From: a virus
Lineage: Duplodnaviria > Caudoviricetes
DNA: 47,053 nt
IMG/VR virus record: IMGVR_UViG_3300027901_000011
Coordinates: 1-47,053 of that record
Direction: 5' to 3' (one strand)
In this document: piece by piece, positions 46,386-47,053 of the stretch
Numbering within the stretch: the stretch's first letter is position 1
Layout of the letters: each line of letters begins with the position of its first letter
Program-made: the position numbers and the translations under genes
The notes under the pieces: model-generated
What the model saw: only the letters and a program-made list of their open reading frames with translations
Told to the model about the DNA's origin: nothing
Databases searched by the model: none

Positions 46386-46610
46386 ATGATGGGACGAAAA
46401 AAAGGGCCCCCGAAAATAAAGTGGGCAGGCAAACGATGGAAGTGTCCTCGATGCCACCGCATAAACCTCACGGAACTTAACAACCAGCAATGCAAGCACA
46501 GCCGCAAATGCAAGCAATGTGGCTATGGTGTGATAATGCACAGCGCCCACACGGATACGGATAGATACTATTACCAGAGCATCATCAAGATCGAGTCTTA
46601 TGCCGACTAA
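46386..46610 (+). CDS. Small zinc-ribbon protein
   Basis: CPRC...CKQC; starts in repeat copy 4. Confidence 0.5.
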   Translation: MMGRKKGPPKIKWAGKRWKCPRCHRINLTELNNQQCKHSRKCKQCGYGVIMHSAHTDTDRYYYQSIIKIESYAD

Positions 46611-46881
46611 TAAAATTATATGCCGTAAGTGCGGCAAGGCCTGGGGACCGCTGGCTTATCGCGTAGAGAGCCATAAATACCGGCGCCTCAAAGGCCTTAA
46701 GCACGCTTATCAGCGAAAGACGTGCGAGAAATGCCGAACAATAAATTGGAAGCAAATAAAGGTTCGCTTTCGGCCCAGAGACGCCGAGATACTAAGGCGT
46801 GAAGCAAAAGAATTAAACATAACTGTCGCAGAACTGATAAGGTCACTGTATCGAATTTATGTAAAGCAGAAACTTCTATGA
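46600..46881 (+). CDS. Zinc-finger plus ribbon-helix-helix DNA-binding protein
   Basis: CRKC...CEKC; IKVRF...L...A....TVAELIR RHH pattern. Confidence 0.6.
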   Translation: MPTNKIICRKCGKAWGPLAYRVESHKYRRLKGLKHAYQRKTCEKCRTINWKQIKVRFRPRDAEILRREAKELNITVAELIRSLYRIYVKQKLL

Positions 46882-47053
46882 AACTACAAAAACCTTATTC
46901 AGGCTTGTTGCCACCCTTGAGCACGGAAGAGCAAGAGAGTCTTCGTCTTAGCATTGAGGCCGATGGTGTCCGCGACCCGATAATTATTGACGAAGTCGGT
47001 AACATCCTGGACGGCCATCATCGTTACAAGTTCTGTCCAACAGCAGCGACACG
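46878..47053 (+). CDS. ParB/Srx-like N-terminal domain (3'-truncated by the window edge)
   Basis: MKLQKPYSGLLPPLSTEEQESLRLSIEADGVRDPIIIDEVGNILDGHHRYK; ATGA overlap. Confidence 0.8.
   Translation, partial: MKLQKPYSGLLPPLSTEEQESLRLSIEADGVRDPIIIDEVGNILDGHHRYKFCPTAAT

Larger units (their letters stand above)
45105..46389 (+). repeat. Four dispersed ~29-bp repeats, consensus CAGGGCAGTTAG(G/C)ACTGTGGAGT(A/G)AATGA
   Basis: Copies start at 45105, 45875, 46121 and 46361. Confidence 0.9.

Noticed and set aside
45105-46389. CRISPR array from the 29-bp repeats
   Set aside because: Spacings of 240-770 bp are irregular and contain ORFs, the repeats include RBS/start signals, and there is no cas operon.
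1-47053. Stop-codon recoding
   Set aside because: Core genes are full length in the standard code and all three stop codons terminate genes.

Overview
The window looks like an almost complete genome of a tailed dsDNA phage, probably podovirus-like because it has a nozzle and three ejection-type proteins but no tape measure or sheath. The two ends appear to interrupt one ParB-N/DNA-methyltransferase gene, which suggests a circularly permuted genome. The minus strand (3.8-35.6 kb) carries the late module: terS, terL, portal, scaffold, capsid, decoration proteins, LamG protein, adaptor, nozzle, fibre, ejection proteins and a holin-like gene. The plus strand (36.2 kb to the end, then 1-3.8 kb) carries early and recombination genes. 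The standout feature is a 10-gene nonulosonic-acid (pseudaminic-like) synthesis, tailoring and transfer cluster inside the virion operon. The neighbouring virion proteins look enriched in D-x-[S/T] motifs, so this may be a phage-encoded virion glycosylation system with its own sequon (inference). Other signals are a sharp AC/GT strand-skew switch next to two perfect DnaA boxes behind terS, three repeat families at RBS/start junctions that mark gene-cassette shuffling and truncated gene stubs, a candidate structured RNA, and paralogous variable heptad-repeat genes. All calls come from motif recognition by eye; no database searches were run.
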